In this document: positions 1 through 8,694 of the stretch, piece after piece
Layout: each line of letters opens with the position of its first letter
Position numbering within the stretch: position 1 is the first letter of the stretch
Assembly (NCBI GenBank): GCA_964424855.1
Contig: CAYRKS010000001.1
Span: 1-44,963, forward strand
Source: an uncultured Lachnospiraceae bacterium
Lineage (GTDB): Bacteria > Bacillota > Clostridia > Oscillospirales > CAG-272
Direction: 5' to 3'
Length of the DNA: 44,963 nucleotides
Translations under genes and position numbers: made by a program
The notes under the pieces: generated by a model
Told to the model about the DNA's origin: nothing
The model's database searches: none
What the model saw: the letters and a program-made list of their open reading frames with translations, nothing else

Positions 1-5
1 GCTTT

Positions 6-2852
6 TTAGTCTTCGGCAGTGGCGGAAGCTTCGGTATTCGGCTCGGAAGGCTCGGCTTCGGGCAGCTCCGACGGCTCGGACGATTCAAGCTCGGGGAGTG
101 TGGGAGTCTCGTCGTCAGTTTCTGATACCTCATCGGTCGAATAGAATTTTACGGTCGGGCGTTTTTTGCCTATGATAAAATCGGCGGTACAGATGAGAAC
201 GAAGAGTGCGAGTGCGGATATCGAGATTATGAGTCCGTATTTCACCGCCCACGGGAAGTAATTCATCTCGATCCTATGCTCACCGGGGGTAAGGCTTATT
301 GCGGTGAGAGAGCCGAGAACCTCAAAGGCTTCGACCTTTTCGCCGTCAACGGTTATATTCCAGCCCTCATCGAAGGGGATGGTAAGGAAGAAGAGCGGCT
401 TTTCCTCGGTGGCGGTTATCTTACCGCTGAAGCTTTCATCTGTGAAGCTCTCGATCTCGAAATTATTTTCGGAGAGAGTCGGCATTACCGATTTGAAAAG
501 CTCCTCATCGATATACCAGAAGAAATCGGTACTGTTTGCGAGGTATATATCGTCCTCGGAGAGGCTCAGGGTGATAACAAGCTCATCGCCCTCGGAATGC
601 TTTCCGAGCGAGACGATCCTACAGGTCTCGTTTGTGAAATATTCGGAGACCTCGGTTCCGTTGACCTTGAGCTTCGCGTCGCGCTTATATTCACTGGGGA
701 AGTAAGCGAAGATCTCACCGTCGGTGGCGGCGGTTATATTGAATACGAGCTTTGCGGCGTAGGAGGTATTTATCTTGGAGTATTTTTTATGTCCGGTTAC
801 ATAGGAAAGCTCGGCGTTTTCGAGCGTGGGCTTAGTATTTTTATAGGACTTGAAGATCGTGAGCTTTTCATCGCTGTCGGTCATTTCGGTGATGAGATCG
901 TTCATGCGATCCATCGGCGAAAGCTCCTTTTCCATGTCGTATTCGGCGATGTCCTCGCCGACCATATAGCCGAGGGAGAGTGCGTAGTCGTTTTTGTAGA
1001 CTACCGTTTCGTTTTCCTCATCGGTGAATATCGGTTCGCCCCAGAGTGCGCCGAGCTCGTCGGAGCTTGAAGCGAGGAGATATTTTATACCGAGAAGGCT
1101 GTCCGAGACCGGAGTTCCGCCGAGATATTTTGACCAGTGCGATTTTGAGGAGTAGCCCATCTGTGCGAGAAATTCGATCTGATCGGCGTTCAAGGTCGAG
1201 GTGGAATTCGAAAGACCTCGGAGATTGAGAGCGAAGTTATCGTTTGTCTTACGGTGAGTGGTCTTTTCGGCGCGGTAGAAGGAGGTATCGTTTTCGTTCA
1301 TCCAATCTGCGGCGGGAGACCATGTGTTCATGAAGTTCACATATGAAGCGCGTGAGCTGTAATGGACATCCTTATCAAGGCTGATAGTTTCGGCGAGACC
1401 GTTGCAGAAAAGCTCTAGCAGAACTGCGACGCAGAGGATCGGCTTAACCGCACCGTCGAGCCAATCGTGATGACAGCCGGCGAGAAGGATCATATAGACG
1501 GCTATTGCGGCTATCGAGAACCAGACGCACATGAGATCGGGCATATTCTCGTAATCGAGCTTCTGCATTATACAGAGCAGGAGACCGAGCACTGCGCCGA
1601 CCGAGAGGAACATCTTCGGCTCGAGCTCACGGATGAACTCGAAAACCATATACGCCATAACGACCATGACGAAGCAGAGGATGAAGGCGTAACGATAATT
1701 GAGCCAGTTGGGACGCTGGAAGCCGTGCCAAACTAGGTCGATCGTACTCGAGTTGAAGCTGAAGACGAAGAAGCCGAGCAAAAGTCCGTAGGCGAGCTTA
1801 CGGCGGGGCGTTATCCGACCGGTCATGAAGAAGATCGGAAGGAGGATGGTCGTCAGCATTCCCGAGAAGACGAAGGGCAGACCCTCGGGGCGAACGGTGT
1901 CATAGGAGGCGGGATATAGCTTTGAGATGAGGTCAAGGAAGTCAAATTTCTGCGAAAAGCTGTAATTCGGATTTGAGAAGGTGTTTTTTCCGAAGGTAAG
2001 GGAATAATATGCGGGGAGGATAAGGATCGAGGCTATTCCGATGGCGATGAGCGAGAAGAGTGCGATCCTTCCGAAGCTTTTTGCAAAGTGAGCGCGTTCG
2101 CCGAGGGGATTGCGCTCGGAGGGGGTACAGCGGCAGTAATAGAAGAAGAAATATGCCGCGACCGCGATGCAGACCATATAGCCGATATAATAGTTCGAGA
2201 ATACGGCTATGGCAAGGGTGATGCAGTAGAGCTTATATTTTCTATATTTTATGAGCGATTCGACTCCGAGCAGAATGAGGGGAAGAAGGTAGAAGCAGTC
2301 GAACCACATGGTATTGTGCTGCATGACTATCGCATAGGAGCAGAGGGAGTAAAGGAGCGAGAAAATCAGCTCGTTTATCGGCTTTGTCGGGTGCGATTTA
2401 TGGAGATATACGCACATATTCATTCCCGACAGACCGCATTTCAGAAGCAGGATGGTATAAAGAGCCTCGGTGATATGACCCTCCGGGAAAAGTGCGACGA
2501 TTATTGAGAGAGGGCTTGCGAGGTAATAGGCGACGATTCCGAGAAATTCGCCGCCGAGTGCGCGTTCAAAGGAATAGAGTATTCCCTGCTCACCGCGCAG
2601 GATATCGCGTATTGCCTCGAAGTAATAGACATACTGTCCGTTTAGGTCGAGAACAAGAACGGAGCTTTTTCCGAAGGGCCAGACCTCCATTGCGATATAG
2701 ATGAGAGCCATGATGAGCATGGGAAGAAGGAAGGCGAGCCAGATATGGTGCATATCGGCGAAGGGGGCATTGAGCTTACTTAAAAGAGCTCGGAGAGAAA
2801 AGCCCTTCGGCTTTTCGGAGATTTCGAGAATATCGGTGTTTTGGTTGTTCAT
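6..2852 (-). CDS. YfhO-family polytopic membrane protein (putative glycopolymer glycosyltransferase-like), with an acidic low-complexity C-terminal tail
   Basis: 948-aa ORF. The N-terminal ~470 aa contain many hydrophobic helices, followed by a large soluble domain and a terminal TM anchor. The N-terminal pattern (WPFGKSSVLVLDLNGQYVYYF, GGEFLG..YYLASPL) is typical of YfhO. The ATG overlaps the stop of the upstream DUF951 gene by 4 nt. Confidence 0.8.
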   Translation of the reverse strand: MNNQNTDILEISEKPKGFSLRALLSKLNAPFADMHHIWLAFLLPMLIMALIYIAMEVWPFGKSSVLVLDLNGQYVYYFEAIRDILRGEQGILYSFERALGGEFLGIVAYYLASPLSIIVALFPEGHITEALYTILLLKCGLSGMNMCVYLHKSHPTKPINELIFSLLYSLCSYAIVMQHNTMWFDCFYLLPLILLGVESLIKYRKYKLYCITLAIAVFSNYYIGYMVCIAVAAYFFFYYCRCTPSERNPLGERAHFAKSFGRIALFSLIAIGIASILILPAYYSLTFGKNTFSNPNYSFSQKFDFLDLISKLYPASYDTVRPEGLPFVFSGMLTTILLPIFFMTGRITPRRKLAYGLLLGFFVFSFNSSTIDLVWHGFQRPNWLNYRYAFILCFVMVVMAYMVFEFIRELEPKMFLSVGAVLGLLLCIMQKLDYENMPDLMCVWFSIAAIAVYMILLAGCHHDWLDGAVKPILCVAVLLELFCNGLAETISLDKDVHYSSRASYVNFMNTWSPAADWMNENDTSFYRAEKTTHRKTNDNFALNLRGLSNSTSTLNADQIEFLAQMGYSSKSHWSKYLGGTPVSDSLLGIKYLLASSSDELGALWGEPIFTDEENETVVYKNDYALSLGYMVGEDIAEYDMEKELSPMDRMNDLITEMTDSDEKLTIFKSYKNTKPTLENAELSYVTGHKKYSKINTSYAAKLVFNITAATDGEIFAYFPSEYKRDAKLKVNGTEVSEYFTNETCRIVSLGKHSEGDELVITLSLSEDDIYLANSTDFFWYIDEELFKSVMPTLSENNFEIESFTDESFSGKITATEEKPLFFLTIPFDEGWNITVDGEKVEAFEVLGSLTAISLTPGEHRIEMNYFPWAVKYGLIISISALALFVLICTADFIIGKKRPTVKFYSTDEVSETDDETPTLPELESSEPSELPEAEPSEPNTEASATAED

Positions 2853-3061
2853 TTTGAGTCCTCGGTATTTGAAAGAATATGCCTTATATTTTTTTCGAGC
2901 TTGATTCGCGGGAGAGTGAGGTCGCGTCCGCAGCTTTCGCAGACTATGCGTACATCGCTTCCGACCCGCAGCACCTTAAAGCGGTTGCTGTTTTTTCCGC
3001 AGGGGTGAGCTTTTTTCATTTCGAGGATATCGCCGACCTCGAATTTTTGAATATCGGGCAT
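2849..3061 (-). CDS. DUF951 (YyzM-like) small protein
   Basis: 70-aa ORF. The motif EMKKAHPCG..F.VLRVGSDVRIVCESCGR..LPR closely matches the DUF951/YyzM pattern (KKPHPCG..W.I.R.GADIRIKC.GCG). Confidence 0.85.
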   Translation of the reverse strand: MPDIQKFEVGDILEMKKAHPCGKNSNRFKVLRVGSDVRIVCESCGRDLTLPRIKLEKNIRHILSNTEDSK

Positions 3062-3181
3062 GGATCTATCAGTCCTTTCGGGAATTATGATATAATACCA
3101 TTATATCACAGATTTTCGAATTTGTACAGTGGAATGGCGAATTTTCTTATGTAAATTTTGTTTTTTCGGCTATAAGGACGC

Positions 3182-3234
3182 AAAAAAGGAGCCGATATTT
3201 CGGCACATAAGCTTTTTTGTGCGGATATCGGCTC
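3182..3234 (-). terminator. Intrinsic terminator downstream of the GH28 gene
   Basis: On the minus strand a 10-bp stem (gagccgatat / atatcggctc) is followed by cTTTTTTg, 18 nt after the GH28 stop. Confidence 0.75.
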
Positions 3235-3251
3235 GGAAGGGTATTTTATTT

Positions 3252-4502
3252 TCAGTCTCTGAGGAATTCCACATCGCTGAAGGAGACGCGGTCGCAGTAG
3301 AGAAGGCGCGGATAGGTCCCGTGGCTTGTAGCGGCGTTGGCGGCACCGTGGCAACGTGGGTCATTGAAACGCGAATAATCGGTTGCGGTGAAGGTAGAGC
3401 TTGAGATACGGATATTCTCGATGATATTCTCGGCGCGTCCTTCGATCTGAATACCCCGGGGAGAGGTGGCGTGGATATTCGAGAAGTAGAGATTTCTTAT
3501 TGCGTTGACCTTACATATCTCGGCGTTGGGGGAGATCCAGAGCTTTATCGGCTCGGCGAAGATACGATCCATGATGATGTTGTTGAACGAGAGGTTTTCT
3601 ATAAGAGTTGCCTCTCTGCCGACATCGGCGGAGCCGGGGTTATTGGGGTTATAGGCGAGAGCGGGGAGTCGGATATCGATACCGACGGTGGTATCGGTCA
3701 TGACGAGGTTACTGAAGGTACAGTTTCTGATAACGCCGTCACAGCACCAGCCGACGCGCACTCCGCCCGAATAGCTTGTTAGGTTACAGTTTGTGACGCT
3801 GACCTTTTCGCATATCTTATTTTCGGGGAGAGAGGAATTGTTCGCGCGGATGACGAGGCAATCATCTCCGCAGGAGATATCGCAGTCGGAGACGGTGACA
3901 TTGCGTGAGCAGTTGATATGGATACCGTCGTTGTTGGGATATTCGACCTCGGAGCAGATGCGAAGACCGCGGCAGGTCACATAGTCGCAGTCGTGTATCC
4001 AGCAGCACCAGCCGGCGGGCTGATTTACAACGGTAAAATCCTCGAGCTTGAAATTCTTACAGCCGGTGAAGAAGAGGACGCGAGGGGGAGTGGGACCGTC
4101 TATGCGGTGGTATTTCCAGGTGCTGTCGGTCTCGACGGGGACGACGAAGGCATCGCCGTTACAGTCGATCTTACCCATGCCGGTGATCGCAAAATTTTCG
4201 CTCTCCTCGGCGAAGATATAGCAGGCGTTTCTCCATCTGGGGAGCTTTGCGGAGTTGACGTGCTTTACCTCGCGCTCGGGGTAATCCTCCATTCTCGGAG
4301 AGCCGAGGAGGACTGCGCCCGCCTCGAGATGAAGCTCGACGTTAGATCTTAAGATAATGGTGCCGAACATATATACGCCGTTTTCGACAACGACACGTCC
4401 GCCACCGTTTTCGAAGCAGGTGTCGATGGCGTTCTGGATGGCGGCGGTATTAAGGGTTTTTCCGTCGGGCACTGCGCCGAAGGATTTGATGTTATAGAGC
4501 AT
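3252..4502 (-). CDS. Glycoside hydrolase family 28 (polygalacturonase-like), no signal peptide
   Basis: The ORF track gives 3252..4544. I prefer the ATG at 4502 (MLYNIKSFGAVPDG), which is preceded by AAGGAAGG. It shows a parallel beta-helix repeat pattern with GH28 motifs NNDGIH and CGDDCLVI. Confidence 0.85.
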   Translation of the reverse strand: MLYNIKSFGAVPDGKTLNTAAIQNAIDTCFENGGGRVVVENGVYMFGTIILRSNVELHLEAGAVLLGSPRMEDYPEREVKHVNSAKLPRWRNACYIFAEESENFAITGMGKIDCNGDAFVVPVETDSTWKYHRIDGPTPPRVLFFTGCKNFKLEDFTVVNQPAGWCCWIHDCDYVTCRGLRICSEVEYPNNDGIHINCSRNVTVSDCDISCGDDCLVIRANNSSLPENKICEKVSVTNCNLTSYSGGVRVGWCCDGVIRNCTFSNLVMTDTTVGIDIRLPALAYNPNNPGSADVGREATLIENLSFNNIIMDRIFAEPIKLWISPNAEICKVNAIRNLYFSNIHATSPRGIQIEGRAENIIENIRISSSTFTATDYSRFNDPRCHGAANAATSHGTYPRLLYCDRVSFSDVEFLRD

Positions 4503-4590
4503 TATATTGCCTTCCTTACATATTTTTCTTAAATTATAACACATACGGGGAATTATTTCAATGCACCGGAATATTATTTTTTATAAAATA

Positions 4591-4619
4591 TTGAACCTTG
4601 GCGGATTTTGTGGTATAAT
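4591..4619 (+). promoter_or_regulatory. Sigma-A type promoter for the AraC gene (extended -10)
   Basis: TTGAAC - 17 nt - TATAAT, with TGg immediately upstream of the -10. Confidence 0.65.
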
Positions 4620-4651
4620 AGTATCGGAAATAATTTCAGGAGGGGCGATTT

Positions 4652-5521
4652 TTGATGATAAGATATTCGCTTGACGGATCGATGCGCGTTACGAGCTTTG
4701 GTTTAGTCACGCAGACCGAGGGCTTTTGGCACGGAGGCAGAGCGATAGCCGAGAATATTTTGATCTTCGACGAGGAGGGGAGCTTTGATATACAGGTTGG
4801 AGAGGAGCGTTTTTCGATGTTGCCGGGAGAGCTTTTACTGATCCCGGGCAACACCTTTTACAAGCCGCTCGACTCAAGGGGCTGTCGATATTATTTTTTA
4901 CACTTTTACGCCGAGACCTCGGAGGCGGAGTCGCGCTCGGCGAGAGCGAGCGTTATCGATCATGCCGGGATAAGTGAGCCGGACTTTGCCTACAGCATAT
5001 CCTTTGGGCATTCTGAGACGATCGGACTTGAGCTGCACAGCAAATTTCGCGGCAGCGGGACAGCCTCGAAGCTGAGGCGGCTGTTTGAGCGGGGAGCGGG
5101 ACTCGACCCGAGACTGCGCTTTTCGGACAAGCTTTTGCTTGACGCGCTACTCCGCGAGCTTTTGATAGTCGCATCGGACGGGGACAGAGTGAAATATTCG
5201 AAGAAGCTGACGCTGATACTCGATTACATAGACAGGAGCTATAAGCAGCCGATCTCGCTTTTGACGCTATCGCAGGAATTCGGGATATCGAGGTCGTACA
5301 TATCGCGGATATTCCGAAACGAGCTGGGGCAAAAGCCGTCGGAGTATATCAACAATGTCAGGATAGCCGCTGCAAGATCGCTTTTGACTCATTCGGACGC
5401 AAGCATAACACAGATAGCCGAGCTGACGGGATTTTCGGATGTATACTATTTTTCGAGGGTTTTCAAGAGCATATGCGGAATACCGCCGACAAGGTTCAGA
5501 GGAGGTGAAAATCGAGATTAA
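4652..5521 (+). CDS. AraC/XylS-family transcriptional regulator (cupin-like N-domain + C-terminal HTH)
   Basis: 289-aa ORF. The C-terminal region (ISLLTLSQEFGISRSYISRIFRNELGQKPSEYINNVRIAAARSLL..ITQIAELTGFSDVYYFSRVFK) is a classic AraC double HTH. The start is either TTG 4652 or ATG 4655, after AGGAGG. Confidence 0.9.
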   Translation: MMIRYSLDGSMRVTSFGLVTQTEGFWHGGRAIAENILIFDEEGSFDIQVGEERFSMLPGELLLIPGNTFYKPLDSRGCRYYFLHFYAETSEAESRSARASVIDHAGISEPDFAYSISFGHSETIGLELHSKFRGSGTASKLRRLFERGAGLDPRLRFSDKLLLDALLRELLIVASDGDRVKYSKKLTLILDYIDRSYKQPISLLTLSQEFGISRSYISRIFRNELGQKPSEYINNVRIAAARSLLTHSDASITQIAELTGFSDVYYFSRVFKSICGIPPTRFRGGENRD

Positions 5522-5563
5522 CTTTGAAAATATGAATTTTATGTTAAATATGCGCCCAAGGTA

Positions 5564-5591
5564 TTGACATTTTATCGGGGGGGGGTATAAT
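5564..5591 (+). promoter_or_regulatory. Sigma-A type promoter for the SBP gene, with a G9 homopolymer in the spacer
   Basis: TTGACA (5564-5569) - 16 nt - TATAAT (5586-5591). The spacer ends in nine consecutive G (5577-5585). Confidence 0.6.
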
Positions 5592-5652
5592 TATATTATA
5601 CATATTTGTATATTTTGTTGCGCGCATAAAAAACATGAAAGGAATTTTCACA

Positions 5653-7101
5653 ATGAAACGGTTTATTTCACTTGCACTTCTCTTTTCGCTTATCCTTTGC
5701 ACTGCCTGCGGGGATTCGGGTAATACGTCGGATACTGCTGTCGATCCCGAAAACGGTACAACTGCCGTTGACTCTGCCGAACCCGATCGTCTCGACGAGC
5801 TTTATGAGCTTGCCGGAAAGAAATTCGAGGGACGCGAATTCGTCATCCTCGACGCAAACGACCATCCCGAGATACACGTAAATCTCCCGGGTGACACGAT
5901 CACGGGCGACATCGTGAACGATGCGCTTTATGAACGCGACAATGCCATAGAAGCGAGATACGGCGTTGACATAAAGTATGTACAGCTCACGAACGCGAAA
6001 AAGGGCACCGACACGCTCAAGAACTGCGTATATTCGGACGACGATGAATATACGATGTGCATTTCGACGCTGCTGGGCGGAACGCTCGGTTCGATTGCGC
6101 TCGAGGGAGTTCTTATGAACCTTTCTGAGGTCGATGCGCTTTCGCTCGATCAGAACTGGTGGAGCCGTCTTCTTTACGATAACCTGAACCTCGGCGGCAG
6201 AATGTACTACACGACAGGTGACATAAGTCCGTCCGTATATCAGATGGCCTCCTGCATATATCTCAACACCGACCTTGCCGCGGATTACGGCATCGAGACC
6301 GATTTCTGCCAGCTGGTACGCGATGGAAAGTGGACCTATGATGAGCTTATCTCGATGACCAAGGACATGAACCGCGACCTCAACGATGACAATGTGCTTC
6401 ATGCCTCGGATGATTTCTTCGGCTTTATCCATCAGCAGGTAGGCGGACATGTAACTACCACCATGTGCGCGACCGCGGGAATTCAGCTTTCGACGCTGAA
6501 CGGTGACACGGTAACGGTCGATATCGAGAACGAGCGCAACATGAACGCGCTTGAAAAGCTCAAGTCGCTGATAATCGACATAAAGTATGTCGAGCAGAAT
6601 GACATAATAAACAAGGCGTTCAAGGAAGGACGCGCACTGACCATGATGCACTACACCGAGAGCTCGGCGGTATTCCTTCGCGACATGGAGGATTCGTATT
6701 TGATCCTTCCGATGCCCAAGGGCAGCGAGGAGCAGGATGACTATCATACCGCGGTAAATCCCTGGGTCGATGCGTTTGTTGCGATCCCGACTACGAGCGA
6801 TCCCGAGTTTGCGGGCATAATGACCGAGGCACTCGGCTTCTATTCGCACAAGTACATACGTCCGAAGGCATTTGAGATGACCTACAAGACCAAGAATGTT
6901 CGCGAGGAGGGAAGTGCGGAGATGCTCGATATAATCTTCAACACGCTCTACATCGACTTCAACACGATCTACGATTTCGGCGGAACGAAGGCGGCGGTCA
7001 CGAATGTACTCAAGGGCGGCGGACTTTCGAGCGAGCTTGCGGCGATAAAGAACAAAACCGAGGCTGCGATCGAGGAATTTGTCGAGTCGTGGCTCAAGTG
7101 A
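5653..7101 (+). CDS. Extracellular solute-binding lipoprotein (ABC-type sugar SBP family), with no adjacent permease genes
   Basis: The ORF track starts at 5635. The ATG at 5653 follows GAAAGGAA by 8 nt and gives the lipoprotein signal MKRFISLALLFSLILCTAC|GD. It is a paralogue of the 10965..12461 gene (shared blocks NWW/PWW, YYTTGD/FFATGD, DGKWTYDEL/NGEWTLDKL). Confidence 0.75.
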   Translation: MKRFISLALLFSLILCTACGDSGNTSDTAVDPENGTTAVDSAEPDRLDELYELAGKKFEGREFVILDANDHPEIHVNLPGDTITGDIVNDALYERDNAIEARYGVDIKYVQLTNAKKGTDTLKNCVYSDDDEYTMCISTLLGGTLGSIALEGVLMNLSEVDALSLDQNWWSRLLYDNLNLGGRMYYTTGDISPSVYQMASCIYLNTDLAADYGIETDFCQLVRDGKWTYDELISMTKDMNRDLNDDNVLHASDDFFGFIHQQVGGHVTTTMCATAGIQLSTLNGDTVTVDIENERNMNALEKLKSLIIDIKYVEQNDIINKAFKEGRALTMMHYTESSAVFLRDMEDSYLILPMPKGSEEQDDYHTAVNPWVDAFVAIPTTSDPEFAGIMTEALGFYSHKYIRPKAFEMTYKTKNVREEGSAEMLDIIFNTLYIDFNTIYDFGGTKAAVTNVLKGGGLSSELAAIKNKTEAAIEEFVESWLK

Positions 7102-7134
7102 TCGGCTTAAACGAAGCGAAAAGCAAATAGCATT

Positions 7135-7174
7135 ATTTCGGCAGGGCTCAAATCGGGCTTTGCCGAAATTTTTT
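7135..7174 (+). terminator. Intrinsic terminator after the SBP gene
   Basis: 9-bp stem atttcggca / tgccgaaat followed by a T-run (7169-7174). Confidence 0.75.
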
Positions 7175-7194
7175 GAAAAAATCTCGAAAAGCCC

Positions 7195-7223
7195 TTGACA
7201 AAAGGGGAAAAACGTGATATAAT
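7195..7223 (+). promoter_or_regulatory. Sigma-A type promoter of the rpsF-ssb-rpsR operon (extended -10)
   Basis: TTGACA - 17 nt - TATAAT preceded by TGa. It lies ~100 nt upstream of the rpsF ATG. Confidence 0.7.
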
Positions 7224-7324
7224 AAATAACTGGTATAGGTTGCACTCAAGAGAGCAGCCTCTCCTTTCCCGGAAAAATAAAGATGTGTTCCGGGACTTAA
7301 TGTCCATAAGGAGGTGTAACAACA

Positions 7325-7675
7325 ATGGATAAGATTTCTTCCTATGAAACTCTGTTTATCGTTGATGTACAGCAGGGTGAGGACAGCGTAAAGGCACTGG
7401 TCGAGAAGTTCACCGGTCTTATCGCTGCAAACGGCACCATCGAGTCGGTCAATGAGTGGGGTACCCGCAAGCTCGCATACCCGATCAACGACCTCAACGA
7501 GGGCTACTACGTTCTTGTCAACTTCAAGAGCGCGTCCGATTTCCCGCTCGAGCTCGAGCGTGTCTTCGGCATCACCGACGGCATCATGCGTTCGATCGTC
7601 GTTAAGCACGACGAGACCAAGGCTTCCGAAAAGAAGACCGAGCAGCCCGCAGAGGCAGCAGCAGACGCTGAATAA
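7325..7675 (+). CDS. rpsF: 30S ribosomal protein S6
   Basis: YETLFIV..WGTRKLAYPI..GYYVLVNF is diagnostic of S6. It has a GGAGG RBS and sits in the conserved rpsF-ssb-rpsR order. Confidence 0.97.
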   Translation: MDKISSYETLFIVDVQQGEDSVKALVEKFTGLIAANGTIESVNEWGTRKLAYPINDLNEGYYVLVNFKSASDFPLELERVFGITDGIMRSIVVKHDETKASEKKTEQPAEAAADAE

Positions 7676-7712
7676 GCAGCTGTGTGACACCTGATTTTGG
7701 AGGGATCAGACA

Positions 7713-8249
7713 ATGGCAAATTTCAACTTTAACAAGGTAATCCTCGGCGGAAGGCTCACTCAGAATCCCGAGCTCAAGCAGACGCCCAGCGGCGTATTTG
7801 TTCTGTCGTTCAGCATTGCCGTAAACCGCAAATATTCTTCCAAGAATGAGGATGGCTCGATGGGTCAGCCGCAGGCTGATTTCATAAACTGTGTTGCATG
7901 GCGCAACCAGGCGGAGTTCATCTCGCGGTATTTCCACAAAGGCTCGAGCATTTGTGTTGTCGGAAACATCCAGACCCGCAGCTACAATGACCAGCAGGGC
8001 AACAAGAGAAATGTTACCGAGGTCGTTGTTGACGAGGCTATGTTCGTAGACTCGAAGAGCGAAAATCAGGGCGGCTTCAATCAGAGCTTTGCTCCGACAC
8101 AGGGTGGAGGCTATATGCCCTCCTCCTACAACAATGAGCCACAGTACTCAACGCCCGCCGGAGCGGCACAAAGCAGTGCACCGGCACAACAGAGCGGCAC
8201 GACTCCCCAGTTCGAGGTACTCGAGGGTGAGGACGAGCTTCCGTTCTGA
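7713..8249 (+). CDS. ssb: Single-stranded DNA-binding protein
   Basis: OB-fold N-terminus (MANFNFNKVILGGRLTQNPELKQTPSG..FINCVAWR), a G/Q/P-rich linker, and an acidic C-terminal tip EGEDELPF. Confidence 0.96.
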   Translation: MANFNFNKVILGGRLTQNPELKQTPSGVFVLSFSIAVNRKYSSKNEDGSMGQPQADFINCVAWRNQAEFISRYFHKGSSICVVGNIQTRSYNDQQGNKRNVTEVVVDEAMFVDSKSENQGGFNQSFAPTQGGGYMPSSYNNEPQYSTPAGAAQSSAPAQQSGTTPQFEVLEGEDELPF

Positions 8250-8273
8250 TCTTGAACAGGAGGTTTAGTTAAA

Positions 8274-8537
8274 ATGGATAGAGAGAGAACCGAAAGAGAC
8301 GCTTCCAAGCCGTATCGTCCGGCTATGCGCCGCAAGAAGAAGGTCTGCCAGTTCTGCGCAGATCACATCGACGAGATCGATTACAAGGATGTAGCACGTC
8401 TGAGAAAGTATATCTCGGAGCGCGCAAAGATCCTTCCCAGAAGAATTTCGGGAACCTGCGCTAAGCATCAGCGTCAGCTTACCATCGCTATCAAGCGTTC
8501 GCGCCACGTAGCACTTCTTCCTTACATCAGCGACTGA
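8274..8537 (+). CDS. rpsR: 30S ribosomal protein S18
   Basis: [10 protein letters not shown]...[48 protein letters not shown] is diagnostic of S18. Confidence 0.97.
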   Translation: MDRERTERDASKPYRPAMRRKKKVCQFCADHIDEIDYKDVARLRKYISERAKILPRRISGTCAKHQRQLTIAIKRSRHVALLPYISD

Positions 8538-8564
8538 TTTTGCTGATAAGCTTTATAAAAGGCG

Positions 8565-8598
8565 GCTCCCGCAGCATATTTGCTGCGGGAGCTTTTTT
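8565..8598 (+). terminator. Intrinsic terminator of the rpsF-ssb-rpsR operon
   Basis: 12-bp perfect stem gctcccgcagca / tgctgcgggagc, 4-nt loop, then TTTTTT. Confidence 0.9.
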
Positions 8599-8654
8599 AT
8601 CTGCGCTGTTCCTGTGCTTTTAATTAAATTGCAATCGAATACAAGTAAAAGAGT

Positions 8655-8688
8655 GATCGACTTTCCACCGAGCTGTGGAAAGTCGATC
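8655..8688 (-). terminator. Probable terminator hairpin downstream of the glycyl radical enzyme gene
   Basis: 14-bp perfect stem gatcgactttccac / gtggaaagtcgatc located 7 nt after the stop. On the minus strand it is followed by actcttttac, an interrupted U-tract. Confidence 0.55.
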
Positions 8689-8694
8689 TGTTTA

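Noticed and set aside
5668-7245. 525-aa ORF on the minus strand
   Set aside because: It lies entirely antisense to the well-supported SBP lipoprotein gene. Its composition is R/L/V-rich and typical of shadow frames in GC-rich coding DNA. It has no RBS and no recognisable domain.
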